DNA of 64,000 nt, from NCBI GenBank assembly GCA_024137785.1, contig JAHRHZ010000274.1, positions 18,452,813 to 18,516,812 of the forward strand, in the 5' to 3' direction. The position numbers were made by a program, and so were the translations under genes. Under the pieces are notes generated by a model. It did not search any database. It was not told the origin of the DNA and saw only the letters and a list, made by a program, of their open reading frames with translations. The first letter of the stretch is position 1. Every line of letters begins with the position of its first letter. The stretch is from Ginglymostoma cirratum (taxonomy: Eukaryota). Positions 1-13,662 of the stretch are shown here, one piece after another.

Positions 1-1029
1 TTATATTTGCCTACAAAACAGATTCAGTTGTGTAGAGTTCAGCATAATGCAATACTTTTTTGGCAATTCTGTTTTTTCTTCTAAAGCATTGGTTGTGAGA
101 GTTCCATTCACTGTACACTCCTATTATTATTATACTATTACTGTTTTACTTAAAAATAAGTGATAAGTTAGAACCTGAATACGGTTCTTCCAAAACCCAC
201 CTTACTTTGGTCAAAGAAATTCAATTGAATTTCACTGAAACTGGTTATGTTGATCTTGGGAATTGAGTGAATGTACCAGAAATAAACTATGAATAGGCAT
301 TGCATATAATCTAACATATAATTTTGTACAAAGTGCCCAAATCCACCCATCTGCTTGAACTGACTTTATTACCAGTGTTATAATATTTTAATGCTTTGTG
401 CTGAGTATAAAAAAATCATGTTGTCTAAGTTTCATTTTTCTATCAGCTACCTATTAGTTGGAACAAAGTAATATAATTCTACATCTGGTCCATTCTTTCA
501 GAAGTTCACTGCTGTTAGAATTTGGACTTTGGAACAAAATCAGATAAAAACAAAATCAAACTATGAAATACATTTCTAAATATTGTTATGGAAGTGAAGA
601 ATTAATAGGAACTGCTTCTTTTGGCAATATAAAACAATAACTCACTCTCATGTTAAAGAAGCTCTCTGCATTACAAGTAGAGGATTGGAAAGACTTGATT
701 TGGTGAGGAAGATCAAAGGAACAGCTCTTACGATTAATTCCTCAGAGACTTTCAAGAAGAAGGAAAAAAGGAGAAAGGTGAAGTAGGTTTCAAAGAGATT
801 CCTTGGGCCAGACATTTAGTTACTGAAAGACGGCTCTCTGATGGTAAAGTTGAAGCGGTATAGAACAAGCGGAATTCAATCAGAGTGCTAAGGGTGATCA
901 AGAATTATTTGGTAAGAAATATGTATTCAGATAGGCTGAAAGTTGATGTAAAATTAAACATGAAAACACATTGATGGTTTTAGGGAGGTACAGTTGACTA
1001 TTGTCCACAGACATATGAAGCAGTGCAGG

Positions 1030-1167
1030 AGCAAATTACTGCAGATGCTGGAATCTGTACTGCAAACAAAAGATGAAGATTCATTTAGCCTCAAAACGAT
1101 AGCTTGCTTTCTCTCCATGGATGCTGTCTGACCTGCTGTGATCTCCAGCATTTTTTTGTTTTCAGTA
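1030..1167 (+). mobile_element. Degenerate Penelope-derived short element (inverted head plus tail)
   Basis: ttactgcagatgctggaatc head; decayed core gatgaagattc..cctcaaaacgat; tail gatgctgtctgacctgctgtgatctccagc, resembling the termini of the element at 61240-62745. Confidence 0.65.
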
Positions 1168-2076
1168 TGGAGGAATGCAATTGTTCGCAAATAATGTAAT
1201 AGTATGTAAATGATGAATTGGATAGGACAAAGGATGAAAACATTGATGTTCTGAATATTATCCACATCTGAATATGTAGGGCAGAACAAAACTGTATACC
1301 TTGTTACACCAAAGCACATTGGAACTTCACTGTTAATCAAATCCACCTTGTTAAAGGTATGTTGTTGGTATTCTCACAGTCTGGCAATGAACCTTCACTC
1401 AATGAGTAGAAAACACCAAAATAGCCATGTTTTGGAAATTTAACTGAATCTATATCAATGACACTTGAAGAATTAAAGAATGAGCAATGAAGCCTATGTT
1501 TAACATGGAACCTGCATGACAGATGAGGGTTATGAAGCTTTGACTGCATAGAGGGAGGTGTCAGTTTTTAATATTCCATTTGCACAGGTACTTGAAAAAT
1601 ATTTATACGATCTTAACTACAACTGTGCCAAAATAAACTTTATTTTGGGGAAAGGTAATGTCTTTGGATAACCTGAGGTGACCCGATGATAGAAACATTG
1701 CTTGCAGGTGGAAATAACCATACAGATAGCATGTTGTAATAAGTCACAGTCAATTCTGGTTGCTATTACACTCCTTATGAAAACAGCCAACAAGTTCTGT
1801 CCAGTACTTACAAACCTGCAGTCTCTCAAACTTCTGACAGTGTCGCTGGTGTATGGTTTTCTCAGCTGTTGTAATGTCTTCTCTTCCATTGTTATGGTTG
1901 CTTGTTTCTCCAATTCAAATAAATTTTTGAATCTCTCCACCCCATCAACACCCATGAAAAGATTAACTCCTGATTTCAGTACTGTTCCAGGGGTGCAGAT
2001 ATTCCTTGACAGCAGGTCAAAGTGACTCATCTTTATTTGTTCTCAGGACCGGGGTAACACTGGTATGGTCACATTT

Positions 2077-2168
2077 CTGAAGAAGGGTCCCGACCTGAAA
2101 CATCAACTTTCCTGCTCCTCTGATGCTGCCTGACCTGCTGTGTTCCTCCAGCTCCACACTGTGTTGAC
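2077..2168 (+). mobile_element. Penelope-derived short element with hammerhead-like core
   Basis: CTGAAGA-A-GGGT(cccg)ACCT-GAAA-CATC at 2077-2104. Flanked by a perfect 13-bp direct repeat tatggtcacattt (2064-2076 / 2169-2181). Confidence 0.85.
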
Positions 2169-5100
2169 TATGGTCACATTTAGTCCCTAAGTAGCTTGGT
2201 GTTTTGTCTTCCTCCTTAACCCCAGCAATGCCAATCTATTTGAAAACCCAGACAGAAAAAGATTATTTGACAGCAGAGATGTCACACCCAGGCTTGATCC
2301 TGCATTGATTTGACAGATATGCATGCACATTTCCTGGAAGGGGAAGTGGATTATGAGCTCTGGCTAATGTTTCCCTGGCTAATCCAGGGGTACTGAGGCC
2401 AAAGACAAAGTGTGCGTTGTCCCCTACTAATGTACTAACTGAGAACAGATCAGACCTTATGCTTTATAATTACAGATCATTATTAGCCAGGGTTGTTTAG
2501 TTACATAAACTGTATTGGGATCCCGAGATTAGTGCATTATCCTTGGTCCAAAGTAATCTCCTTCATCTAAAATATGATCAATAGGATCAATGTGAGCTCT
2601 TCTCTATAATTCAGAAAGGATAAATCATTCAGCCCTCTTCTAAGAGAAGCAAGTCACTACTATAATTACGTTCCTCAAAAGGGGAACCTTCTACTCTACT
2701 CCAACAAGCCTGGCTTGGAATACATCCCATCAAACTTTTATATTCTCGTAAAGTGGCAACTGAAAGGTGTAGGCAAAGCTGTGCCACATTCCTGACCTCC
2801 AGTAGAGAAAGACACTTCCCAATCTACCCCTGACTGAAACTATTAATGACTTATCACTGTTCCTTCATATGATAAGGCTTCTCTTTGAGAAATCTTAGAT
2901 GGAACACCCAATCTTCCAGCTTCAACAAGCGAATCGGCCATGGTTATGGTGCTAACATCTAACCATGAAAATCTTTGTAATTTCAAGTGAAAACAATCTC
3001 CAGATTGGAGGTTTTGAGAGATCTTGGGGTAAGAACTAGCCAACCCTTTAATGTGAAAAAGATCGAACTAAGACCTACTTTTATCCCGTGTAAGTCAAAC
3101 TATATCTGAAAGACAATTAAAAGCTATGCAAAGATATAGCTACTACTATCTCTATGCAAAGATATTGACGTGAATGAAGAAATTCAGCTGCAGATAGCAA
3201 CGATCAAAGAGAGTTAAGAGCAATTCAATGCAAAATAAAAAGGCACATTTGACGAAAAAGCACATTCTAAAGTGCAGTTCCTAATTTCTAATACAGTTGA
3301 TATTTTACACTTTGTAATATCCTGTACAAGTTACGGTACAGTTTGTAATCCTGTTGTCACGAAATAGGGCGTTCACCCACATTCACTCTCGCGTACTAGA
3401 GCAGATGCTGGAAAAGCATTGAGTCCAGTATGCTGGTGACTCGCAAGAAGGTGGTTAAATAGAGTATATTGGTAAACAGTTACTTGACAATCTGAGTCCT
3501 TATTTACAGTGAAATAAAATGGATGACGAGATTTGTTAGAGTGCGGCTTAGCGTTGGCCTGGTTAAAGCCTGCCAAGTGAAAACGATTAAACAAAATCTT
3601 CCCGGTCGCTGTGTAATGAATGCTGGAGGACTAAGTGAAATGAGTCTGTTTACACTCCATGCAGGTCGCAGCGGACAGCATCAGACTGCCTTGGAAGGTG
3701 CTCTTAATTGCACAATTTGACAGTCTTGCCAAGTTGGAACACAAAGAGGTGACGCAGAGTGTCAAGCCGGTGCAGTAGGGGGAGCTGTTGTGACACTGAG
3801 ATAGAAATATAGAGCTGGAGCAGGGAGAGGGATAGTTATTGAACAATGTACAGTAATTGGGAACCTGAAGATGCCTGATACCACTTCAAGGGGCAAACAT
3901 TCCATTTCCCAGTACTGTCGTCTACATTTTGTCTTGGAAAACAAAACTTTTCTAAAATTAAATAATTAATTGATCAACATTATATGTTTTTCCATATCAA
4001 AAACTCTTTAAATATACAAGGAATGTGACTTTCATTGTTTTAAAATGACCGAGACACGTTACCATCTAATTTTTACGATTTGTTTACCAATTTAAGCAGC
4101 AATTACTGTGGAATGTGTAAAGATATGTTGAATTAAACATTCTGGAAATTGATTTTGAATCACGCCGTGTTTCCATATCAATGTCATTGTGAACGGAACA
4201 GAATAACAGCAGTGTTATAACCTTGCACGTTTTATATCGTTTTGTACTGATAAAGATTAAAATCATTCAAACAGATTTAATCGAAACCAAAGACCCAATG
4301 TCTATAATAAATATCGAAATAATTTCAGCATTTCTTCAGCAGTTTAAGTCATGCGTGCCCCTAAGAAAATCAAGTTCTTATCTGATACCATTCGTGCTAA
4401 GGATTAATTCAATTTATCTTTCTGAAGGTTAGAATTGAAATCGAATGTTGATAATCGGAATCTTACTGTCACTGAGTAAGGATTTCACAAAACGTTCGCT
4501 GCCTACATTCGCAATCTCTCAATCCGAAAAGTTAAGAAAGAAAGAAATGAAAAGATTGATGAAACCTCAGACACGTTTGCTGTGGATTCGCGTTTTACTG
4601 AGAGTCTTTGGTTGAGACTCCTCAAGAAAAGAACGAACGAAATTTACTTTCTAAAAACCAAATGAGTTGTTTTGGGATATCGGCGAATTCTAACCAGAAG
4701 CCGCGACAGAAATTATAGAGTGAGGGATTCGTTCGGGGGTCCTGTTGAAGATTTAAATGTTAACTTTTTTTTGTTATCAGTTCGATCTGAACATACACAA
4801 TCTGTACGTGTCAATTCGCTGAATACTTGTAGAAATATAAGAAAGAATAACATACCTCAAAATATTATGGGCAATACCGAAAGGTGCGCCGAATATTGCG
4901 TTTGGTATTTAGTCAATTATTGTTTTGAGGTAAATTTTGTACAGATTTCCTAAAGAGAGATGACGCCACTTCTTTAATTAAACTGGGGTGAGATCGCTGG
5001 GTCCACTAACCCCGCCCCCACCCCTCCCCGACCTTCCCTCTCGCCATCTGGAAATGCACTGACACTTCATTTTTTTAAATTGTGAAATTCGAAAGCCAAG

Positions 5101-7279
5101 TTTAACTCAAGACTACATTTTCATTCTTAAAACCACATGTCTCTCTACAAAAGCTATCTAATAAATAAAATTTCACAGAACAACTAGTCCAAAGGAGGCG
5201 AAGAAGGTTACCGTCTCTTTCGCACGCGTCTAAACATTGAAGGAGACTTTCACCTGGAATCAGTCTGCCCTGACTTTAAAAGCAATGTCAGTTTTCTACT
5301 GCCAATCCGCCCATTGGTCCAACTTCAAGACAAGGGAATTGATTGAAGTAAAACTAAAAACTAACATTCAATTCTGATATCTGCACAATGGGTTTTTTTT
5401 GAATGTTTAACCACAGACAGGTCTACAAACAAAAACACGCGGAAATGGCCTCAAGCTTTGGGGGTTGTAATTACTAATCGATTTCAATTGTAGTGCTCCC
5501 CTTTCTAACCACAGTAATTGGTCGCTGCTCTCTGGAATTTCAGATTCTGCCTCCTATCCTTAACACAATCTGTTGGAATATCAAATATCTCATCTGGAAG
5601 TACAGTAGGAGAACCGACTAATTTTGATGGAAACTGCAAGATTGTTTCGTTGCTGCAAAGATGCTGGTTTCTTTGCAGCCGAAATGTGCTGGAGTATTTT
5701 GAATATGCAATTATTACCGACCTGCTGTCCTTGTGTGAACGGCGCATGTGAACTGATTACAATCCAGAGATTTGGAGATTGAGGCATAGCTATGGTTATA
5801 CTCGCAGCAATCAGGGCTTTGGAAAATTAAAAATTAAAAGACAGTCAAGACACGAACAGTCAGCGCCGCTTAATAGAGACAATTCCTTTACATGAGACAT
5901 TTGGTTAGGCTCTAATTGATTGCCAGTGGATTTCGATCAAGCGTTTCCTAATATAGACGATATGATAAATGCTGGTGTCCCAGTTAACCAGTTTGGCTCA
6001 TGCCTCTAGAAGGGCGGGTTTGAGAAGTCTAGCGTGCGTAAGCTCGTCGGGACTGCCATGACATTCTCCTTTTAAACAGGGACAATTCAGAATTCTTGTT
6101 TCTTTAATTAAATTCTGACTTTTGGCATTCCGCTTGATACAATAATAGAGATTGCTAAAAGCAAGGCTCGGACCATACACAGCAACGCGCGAAGCTACTT
6201 ATTTGCCAGAACACCATTTTGTTGCAGGTGCCATCTTTTAAACAAACGCGTTATTTTAACATGTGGAAATGGAAGGATTCTGCTGTGGTTTTAGTGGATT
6301 AGATATTCCATCCTACAGCAGCAACTAGGCATTAATTAATGATGTTTAGCTTGAACATCTCTGAATAATGTCAAAATTTAATATCTATGCGTTGTAATGT
6401 TTGGGATGTAGAGCGTTCTGTGGGATTGCGGGATTACAATGTTATTTCGGGAATTCGAAATCCAGCCGTTGAATGTCATTTCATAAAATCGTACTTTATT
6501 GTCTTTACATGGTCGACCATAAAGAATCATATTTGAAATTCTGATGCTGCACTTTGCACGGATGGACAGGTGCGCTGTGAAAAGCAGCTGAGCAGAAAGT
6601 AGCAGCCACCTTGGGCAGCTTTAAAGGATTTGAGCTTTGCGGGAGCTGCAGGGACAATAATTTATGTACGTACACTTTCTGATTAATGTTGCTGAGCATT
6701 TTTAAGTGATGATCTTGAAAGGAAAATGTTGTCCTCAGTGTTTTAAGTTGCAAAGTGAAACATTGGCGAACGATATGATCAGGGTTCATGATTTTGTTTT
6801 TAAATTTCCTTTGCCATTCTACAGGCAGCCAGAAGTGTACTGATGATCATATAAAAAGGCGAGATTCTCACTCAAGAGGCCGCTTAGCGCCATTACTAAT
6901 GAAAATAGAATGAATCTGAATAGTGCTAATATTATGGGGTCAGAAATCCAAACGGGAACGCGGTCAAAATGCATTTTAACGGCAGAAATCGCCCCCACTC
7001 GCTTCCATCAGGGTTAGCCAGTGGACTTGGATGATTGGCCATTTCGGAGCGCTGGGATGTTTTTTGCCTCAGTCCTTTCCTCTATAAGTTTGACCCACTG
7101 GTCTCTCACTTCGCCCCACTTCAGACCTTGTTATCTCAGATATATCTGAGCTTTTCACTTCACCTCGCCTACTACAACAAAGAAAACTCTCCCGGGCAAT
7201 GCTAATGATGTGATCTTTGATCACCTTCACACAGCTTTCTCGGTTCTGGTTAACAAAACGGGGTTAGGTGCATGAGTTT

Positions 7280-7423
7280 GTATCAGAGATAAAAGGTACT
7301 GCAGATGCTGGAGAATCCGAGATAAACCCTTCTGATGAAGGGTTTAGGCCCGAAACGTCAAGTTTTCCTGCTCCTATGATGCTGCTTGACCTGCTGTGTT
7401 CATCCAGCCCCATGCTTGTTATC
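7280..7423 (+). mobile_element. Penelope-derived short element with intact hammerhead-like core
   Basis: CTGATGA-A-GGGT(ttag)GCCC-GAAA-CGTC at 7332-7359. 15-bp direct repeat taggtgcatgagttt (7265-7279 / 7424-7438). Confidence 0.88.
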
Positions 7424-9258
7424 TAGGTGCATGAGTTTAATCGTTTCATCGCAGCTTAATGTAAAACACTCCGCTTTCCTATCTCTTGGAATTTGAGAGA
7501 AACACCTTCGGTTTTTATTACGAACGGTAGCCAATTAAATCTTGTTTCTTTCATATTTATAATGCGGGTTATGAATAACATTGCGATCATTCGACATTAT
7601 TCCATTATTATTGTTGGAATCACAATATTAAACCTTTAGGTGTTTTCACTTAAATGGAATTATGGTCATAATAGTTCCTGGGTGTTATCAGCAATCCAGT
7701 TTAGCTTCGTGTTACACAGATGTTATTATCTTTTAAACTATTGTTTAAACGCAAGATCCGATTTTTTATCCCAAATTTATGTCAAACAATATCAAAATAT
7801 GCAATGCCAATCCATCATATTTTGCACTGTGCGCAAATGCCGCGCTCTTAAACTAACAAACACAAAGTCTAACATGGTCGCAAGCCTGTTTAAATTCTAA
7901 ACTTGTCAAATCACGTATTTTGCTTTGTTAATGATTAAGTATTTGAGTATTATCAGCAGCAGCATTATAATTTAGTCACCTCCCCAAATAACTTAATCAC
8001 GAACTAATGTCCGCAGCAGTTCTACTGTTTCAAATCAAGAACAATCTTCACCAAAGTGACCTCTCGCAGTAAAACGGTCTCGCTTCTGTCTTTCACTTCT
8101 CCAATTTATTGCAAAAACAACGAATTCCCATTTCGGCTGCGGTACTGGAAAGATCAGAACGGCTGGCTACCATGTACAAAAGACTCTGGGCGGAAAACAA
8201 CACAGACTGCGTGGTTTGTGTGTGTGTGTATGTGTGTGTAAGCGCCTGTCTGTCTTCCTTGCTTTCTCTCACCCTCTGTGGTACACAGAATCCCTTCTGA
8301 AATGGTCATTTTATCTGTTCTCTTGTTGTTACTCTTTAACTTTCGTTCCGGACCAACCCGACTTCCAACAGACTGCCTCCGAATTCAACAACGAGATAAA
8401 AACGAGATAAGAAGGACTGGCAGCAGCGACCTTTGTAACTAATTCCAAGGCTCCCTCAGCAGCAGCCTGATAAGAGGCGAACGAACCTCAGTCATTCATT
8501 GAGAATTTCAATACCTTTTCCTTCAAGCAAGCTACATCTAGCAACCCTCCCGCTCAGGGCCTGGTCAGAATACACTCTACTTTTTGTTTGGTTTTACCAG
8601 AAGCAGCTCGATCTAATTGCACCATTGCAATTCTGAATGATATCTAACGAAAAAAAAACCCCGGATAATTGACAAAGCATCCCGCGAAACCTTAAGCGGC
8701 GCCTAAAATGTAAAAGAAAATTATTTCAGTCGATTCAAAGTTAGAAAGTGATTCACAATGTGTGGGAGATCGATATGCAAAGTAGATGTTTCTCAGAGAT
8801 ATGCAAATTCCTTTATTTATATCGTTTAAATGGTCAGGACTGCAGCTTTATAGTTTTATTTTGTTAGATTTCGCTTTCCGAAAGAAACCGTTGTATTTTG
8901 GAGGTGTTTTAGCTGATTCTATCACCCCATCCTGTTACAAATGGCAGTTAGGTTGCCAAAACACATTGATTTCCCCTCTTTTTAAATACAGCTGGAACTT
9001 CGTCAATCGTAAGAGAGCAATCAAACAAAAATCTTCCTTTTTTGCTGATTTTTTTTGCTGTAAGCGTTGTTGTGGCAACCGAAACTCAACTGGGACGCTT
9101 TGGCCCTTTGGCGGAACTATCCATCTGGCAGCTTCTACGGAAATGCTTCATGGCCCGTTTTCTCAATGTGTAGTGCGGCCTATTTTCAGTTTAACCAAAG
9201 CTGTGGTTGCCGGCATTACTTCAACTGGCCGTCCAGTTTCGGCGTTCCCCAGCCCACG

Positions 9259-9660
9259 CACACACAGAGAGAAACACACAAACTAACACACAGAGGAACA
9301 CAGACACACAGAAACACACAAACACACAGACACACACACAGAAACACACAAACTAACACACACAAACACACAGACACACATAGAAACACAAACTAACACA
9401 GAGGAACACAGACACAGTCTGGCGCATACACAAACACACACAAGGCTAACACAGACTAACACACAGACACAGACTAACATACACCACACAGACTAACACA
9501 CATATACACTAATCCACACAGGCTAACACAGACAGCGACTAACGGAAAGACACAGACTAATACACACATAGACTAAACCACTCAGACTAACACACACAAA
9601 CTAACACAGACTAGCATACACACAAACACACGCACAGACTCAGAGACTAACACACACAGA
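9259..9660. repeat. Compound CA-rich repeat with recurring ACTAAC(ACAC) units
   Basis: ~400 bp of cacacagactaacacac-type units. Confidence 0.9.
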
Positions 9661-12600
9661 ATCAGCATCACCGAAGATCGCGCGTGGAGCATGAGTCGAT
9701 CTGGCCACAGAAGTTATGGAGCTGCAGCCAGCAGCAGGTTCGATTTCGTTAATTGGAACAATGGGGATGTGTGGGAGAGAAAACTTCACTGCACTGACTA
9801 CCGATCGGTCTTGGGGAAAGGCTCAGTCGCGGAGATCGTAGAGCACAAGGCTTTTGATCACATTTGCGAGTAGAATGTGCCTCTCAGTGGTATTGGCAGG
9901 TTTGCTGTGTGATCAATATTGACTGGGTTCAAACTGCACACAACCAGCTCTCGTTGCTCTCTCTCTCTCTCCCTCCCATCCACCCTCTCCCAAATTTTCT
10001 CTGCCTTACTGCCGCAATCATGTCATAAAACACACGGCGTTTCCCACTTCCCCCAAAGAAACAATTCATTTTTAACGCTAAAATCGGCCTAAACTATGTA
10101 ATGCTAATCGATAATTTCACGTTGAAAGATAGCTCATTATTTCCAGTGTGGTGCGCGATGAGGCTGTATGGATGAGTGCCTGTGTGCCTGATTTATTTAG
10201 TATGTACCTATCTGATAAATAATAGATGCATCTTTTTATGAAAGATTTACAGTCTTGCACATTTGTCAAGCATGCATTTCATTTGAGAAAAAAAATCTGG
10301 GAGAGACTAGGCAGGAGCAAATGCAAGAATTATAGTCTGCAATACATATTCCCATAAACATAGGAATGAACGTGGTGTAAACCCTGGTGTATGATGCTAC
10401 GTATTGGATCGAGTTGATGGGGAGTGACTTTTTTGCGGCATTCCATGAGTCCAACAACACCGAACATGACGAGCGAAAATAAATTGTAGCAATCCTTAAA
10501 CAACCTTTAATAAAGGAAGGCTCCACACGACACACATACTGCCCAAATCAAAACCCTCAGAGATCTTGTTGCGTTTGTTTATAAATGATCTGCTCGCCAG
10601 TCGTGCAGGCAAAGTAGTCCCAGGCGCGAATAGGGCGTTAGAATCCCTTTCAATAATTGATCCTTAATCCACAATCTACAGACACAAGAGAAGAAGGTGG
10701 AGTGGAAAGGGTTAGATCCAATGCAAGCGCCAGCTCAGCGTCCAGCAGTCATGTTTATTGATCGTATATTTACCGGTACAATCACATCAGCTTCATTTAT
10801 ACAGCAGCATCAGCCGCCTTGTGGTATGCCCTGCCAGTGAGATCTGTACAACCTGCAGGGGTGGGGGGTTCAATAATCGGGCGGGTGAAAATGTAGCCCA
10901 TCACCTTACCATCTCAAACAAACAAAAAAGTTCTTCTGAGTGCATCTTTAGTCCCATTAGAATCCATTTGGAGGGTTACTCTCTACAGCCCATCATTTTA
11001 AACCTCCGCATTGTGTTATCCATCAGATTTGATGTGTGGCTACGTCTTGTTAATGAAGATAACATATTTGTAAAGATGCAGTCTGAGCCAGCCATGTAGT
11101 AAAGATGCTGCTAATCCATAACCATTCGCCTCTGCTGTGAACCGGTCTACACCCGCTGCAATGGGTACATTTTATGTTCTCTAGGAATCCAGAGCGTTGC
11201 ATTCAAGTTACCTCAAATACCAGAAACCTGAACTTTGGGAGAAACTCTGAAGTACTGAGCAATGATGGCATTTACAATCGTTCTGATACATGTGGGTCGT
11301 TCAAATACACGGTTGTATTAGTATTAAACAGAACAGATTCGAGCTCGTGTGAGGAGAACATGTCTGGTCATTTTAAACCAGTGCTCTGACATAATTTGAA
11401 TTGAATCTGCGACGGATTCTCACAGCATTTTCTTTTCCTTTACAACCTGAATGAAATCGCGGCGCTAAACCCATCAATCCCATCGCCAAGGTGTCCCAAT
11501 CATTGCTGCCAAACATGCAAATGGCGGTGGTATCTACAACATCTGAAACCACCCCTGTACGTTCACTTGTGATTTTTCTTTTCTGCAGCCTCACCATATA
11601 CAGCATTATCTGGCAGTGTACTGCCGTTTCAAAATATTTGAACAACCCTAAAAATCGATTTCTTTGACTGTGATGAATTCCGAATTGTAATTCGAAGCTA
11701 TTGATTTTGTGGTTTCAAACGCGAACAATTCTGTCTCCCTTACTCCTAGTAAAGAATCCTGTCTCTTTCTCCTTTTCATATTTATATCTCAATCTCACTA
11801 ATGCGACACTGCGCTGGGATTTCCAAACCTCCCTTGTCACCAGAAATTATTCTATGACAAGGAATAAGTTCAACAAAACTCCCAAATATTTGTAAATTCC
11901 AAAGACCTTGCGAATGACAAGATTCTCGGTGCTGACATAGTGATAACAAAGAAACCTAAAGCCTAAATGTCCAGAAAGAAAAATGTTACATTACAACGCC
12001 GTCCAGGAATTGAAGATATACTGGCAGCTATGCACACCACAGATGTGAGTATAGTGGTCAGGCTGGATTATGGCACTGAAGATTTATTGTCATTTAATGG
12101 GAGATCTCAAAATGTTATTTTAGACTTGCCAAGTTCCACCAGTGCTGCACTGGCCAATAATCACAATCTTTAATGTTATATTATTTCAAATAAAATATAA
12201 CATTAAACATTATATATATGTATATAGCCGCCCAGAAGTAGATTTTATATTGTCAAAAACTTCATTTAAAACGTTTCCATCTCATTCCTTTATGTGTTAC
12301 TAAATCTAAGAGCACTTGTCTCTATTGCGCTAATTTGACCCAACTCTTCCATACCACATTTTGGAACAGAAATAAAACACAAACGCTCGATTGAGTTTAA
12401 CAACAGAGACACTTAAAAAGCCAATTCAGGATAGTTTAAATCTTTATTTATCAGACTCTTGTAAAACCAATGCAATCTGCATTACATTAACTGCTTTCCA
12501 ATAGCGCATTGACTGTAACTAAAAGATGCCTCCATTCGCACCTAATTAAGGGGCAGGTAAATTGTGGGACACGTGGCACCGCATGGATTATGCACCTGAG

Positions 12601-13364
12601 GTCGGTTATGTCCCGAAGATGCTCCGCACCTGTACTTTACAAGAGGACATGGCTGAATGAGGCGGAGAGGGTCCCAGAGATGGTGGGTGCACCAGTACAT
12701 TATCACAACGATCACGCTAGGTGGCCCACAACTCATTTTAAAAACCTATTAAGTCATGCACGTCAGGCAGTTACAGAAATGGATAATACACGGTACAAAC
12801 ACGATCGAATAGAAATGAGGGTTTTCATATAAACTGCACAGAGCTGCTACCCATCAATGAGATGCACCTCAGTTCAATCCACATCTGCGGTGCTACCTTC
12901 ATTTCGCGAGCGAAATACAATGCAACCACTATTTCCAAAAGGAAAACACAGGTAGAATAATGGACACAATGCCTTTCCCTTCAGTATGAACAATCTAGTC
13001 TGCTGGAAAGAAATTTGCTGTTTACTCATCGATACAAATAATCTAACCAGCAGAACAACCTACCGCCCCCCTACTCCTTCCCAATGTAAAATGTATGGAA
13101 GAGAACGGGAGATTGACTGCAGATTGTTTTGTATATGTGTGCGATAGTAGTTATGTATGGACCAGGCAGCGGGACATTCAGCTATATTAGGTGAATCTGT
13201 TTCTGTCCCAGAATAACGAATACCGTGTTTACATAAGTTAAACCAGGGAAAGTGTAGGAGAAAATGACATTAATGGGAAAACCCTGGGGATCCTGTCAGA
13301 AAACAGGGAGTGTGAGCGGAATAGCGAACACTGTGAAAGCTCTGTGCGCGCGAATGTAATGCAC

Positions 13365-13403
13365 AAACACACACACACGCACACACACACACACACACAC
13401 ACA
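13365..13403. repeat. (CA)n microsatellite
   Basis: Directly visible. Confidence 0.9.
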
Positions 13404-13662
13404 ATGTCAAACACCGAGACAAAGAAATACAAAGCGATAAATAAAAGAATGGGAAATATTACTGTACGAAGATGGTGAAGCACGCTTTGAATAACCGCTT
13501 TCCGTTTAAATGAAGGGAAATCATTCAGCAACCCGCCCGAAGTTTTCAGTATCTGTTATGGTTAACTTTGCATTATGAATAGATTTGTATATTACATTTT
13601 TTTTTGAAAAAAGCGGCACGTGTAAAAAAGAGCACTGAATCTCGGTGCATTCTCCTTCCTAC

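Larger units (their letters stand above)
1..13662 (-). other. ONECUT3 intron 1 (partial); homeodomain exon 2 not seen in window
   Basis: GT donor at 13662-13661. No CKRKE/RLVFTD/NFFMNARRR homeodomain peptide is visible in the ORF track for 1-13662. Confidence 0.7.

Noticed and set aside
3124-3166. 14-bp direct repeat ctatgcaaagatat with a short spacer
   Set aside because: Most likely a small local duplication; no element between the copies.
13592-13662. ORF continuation GRKENAPRF...KKM after the CUT domain
   Set aside because: Read-through past the canonical splice donor into the intron.
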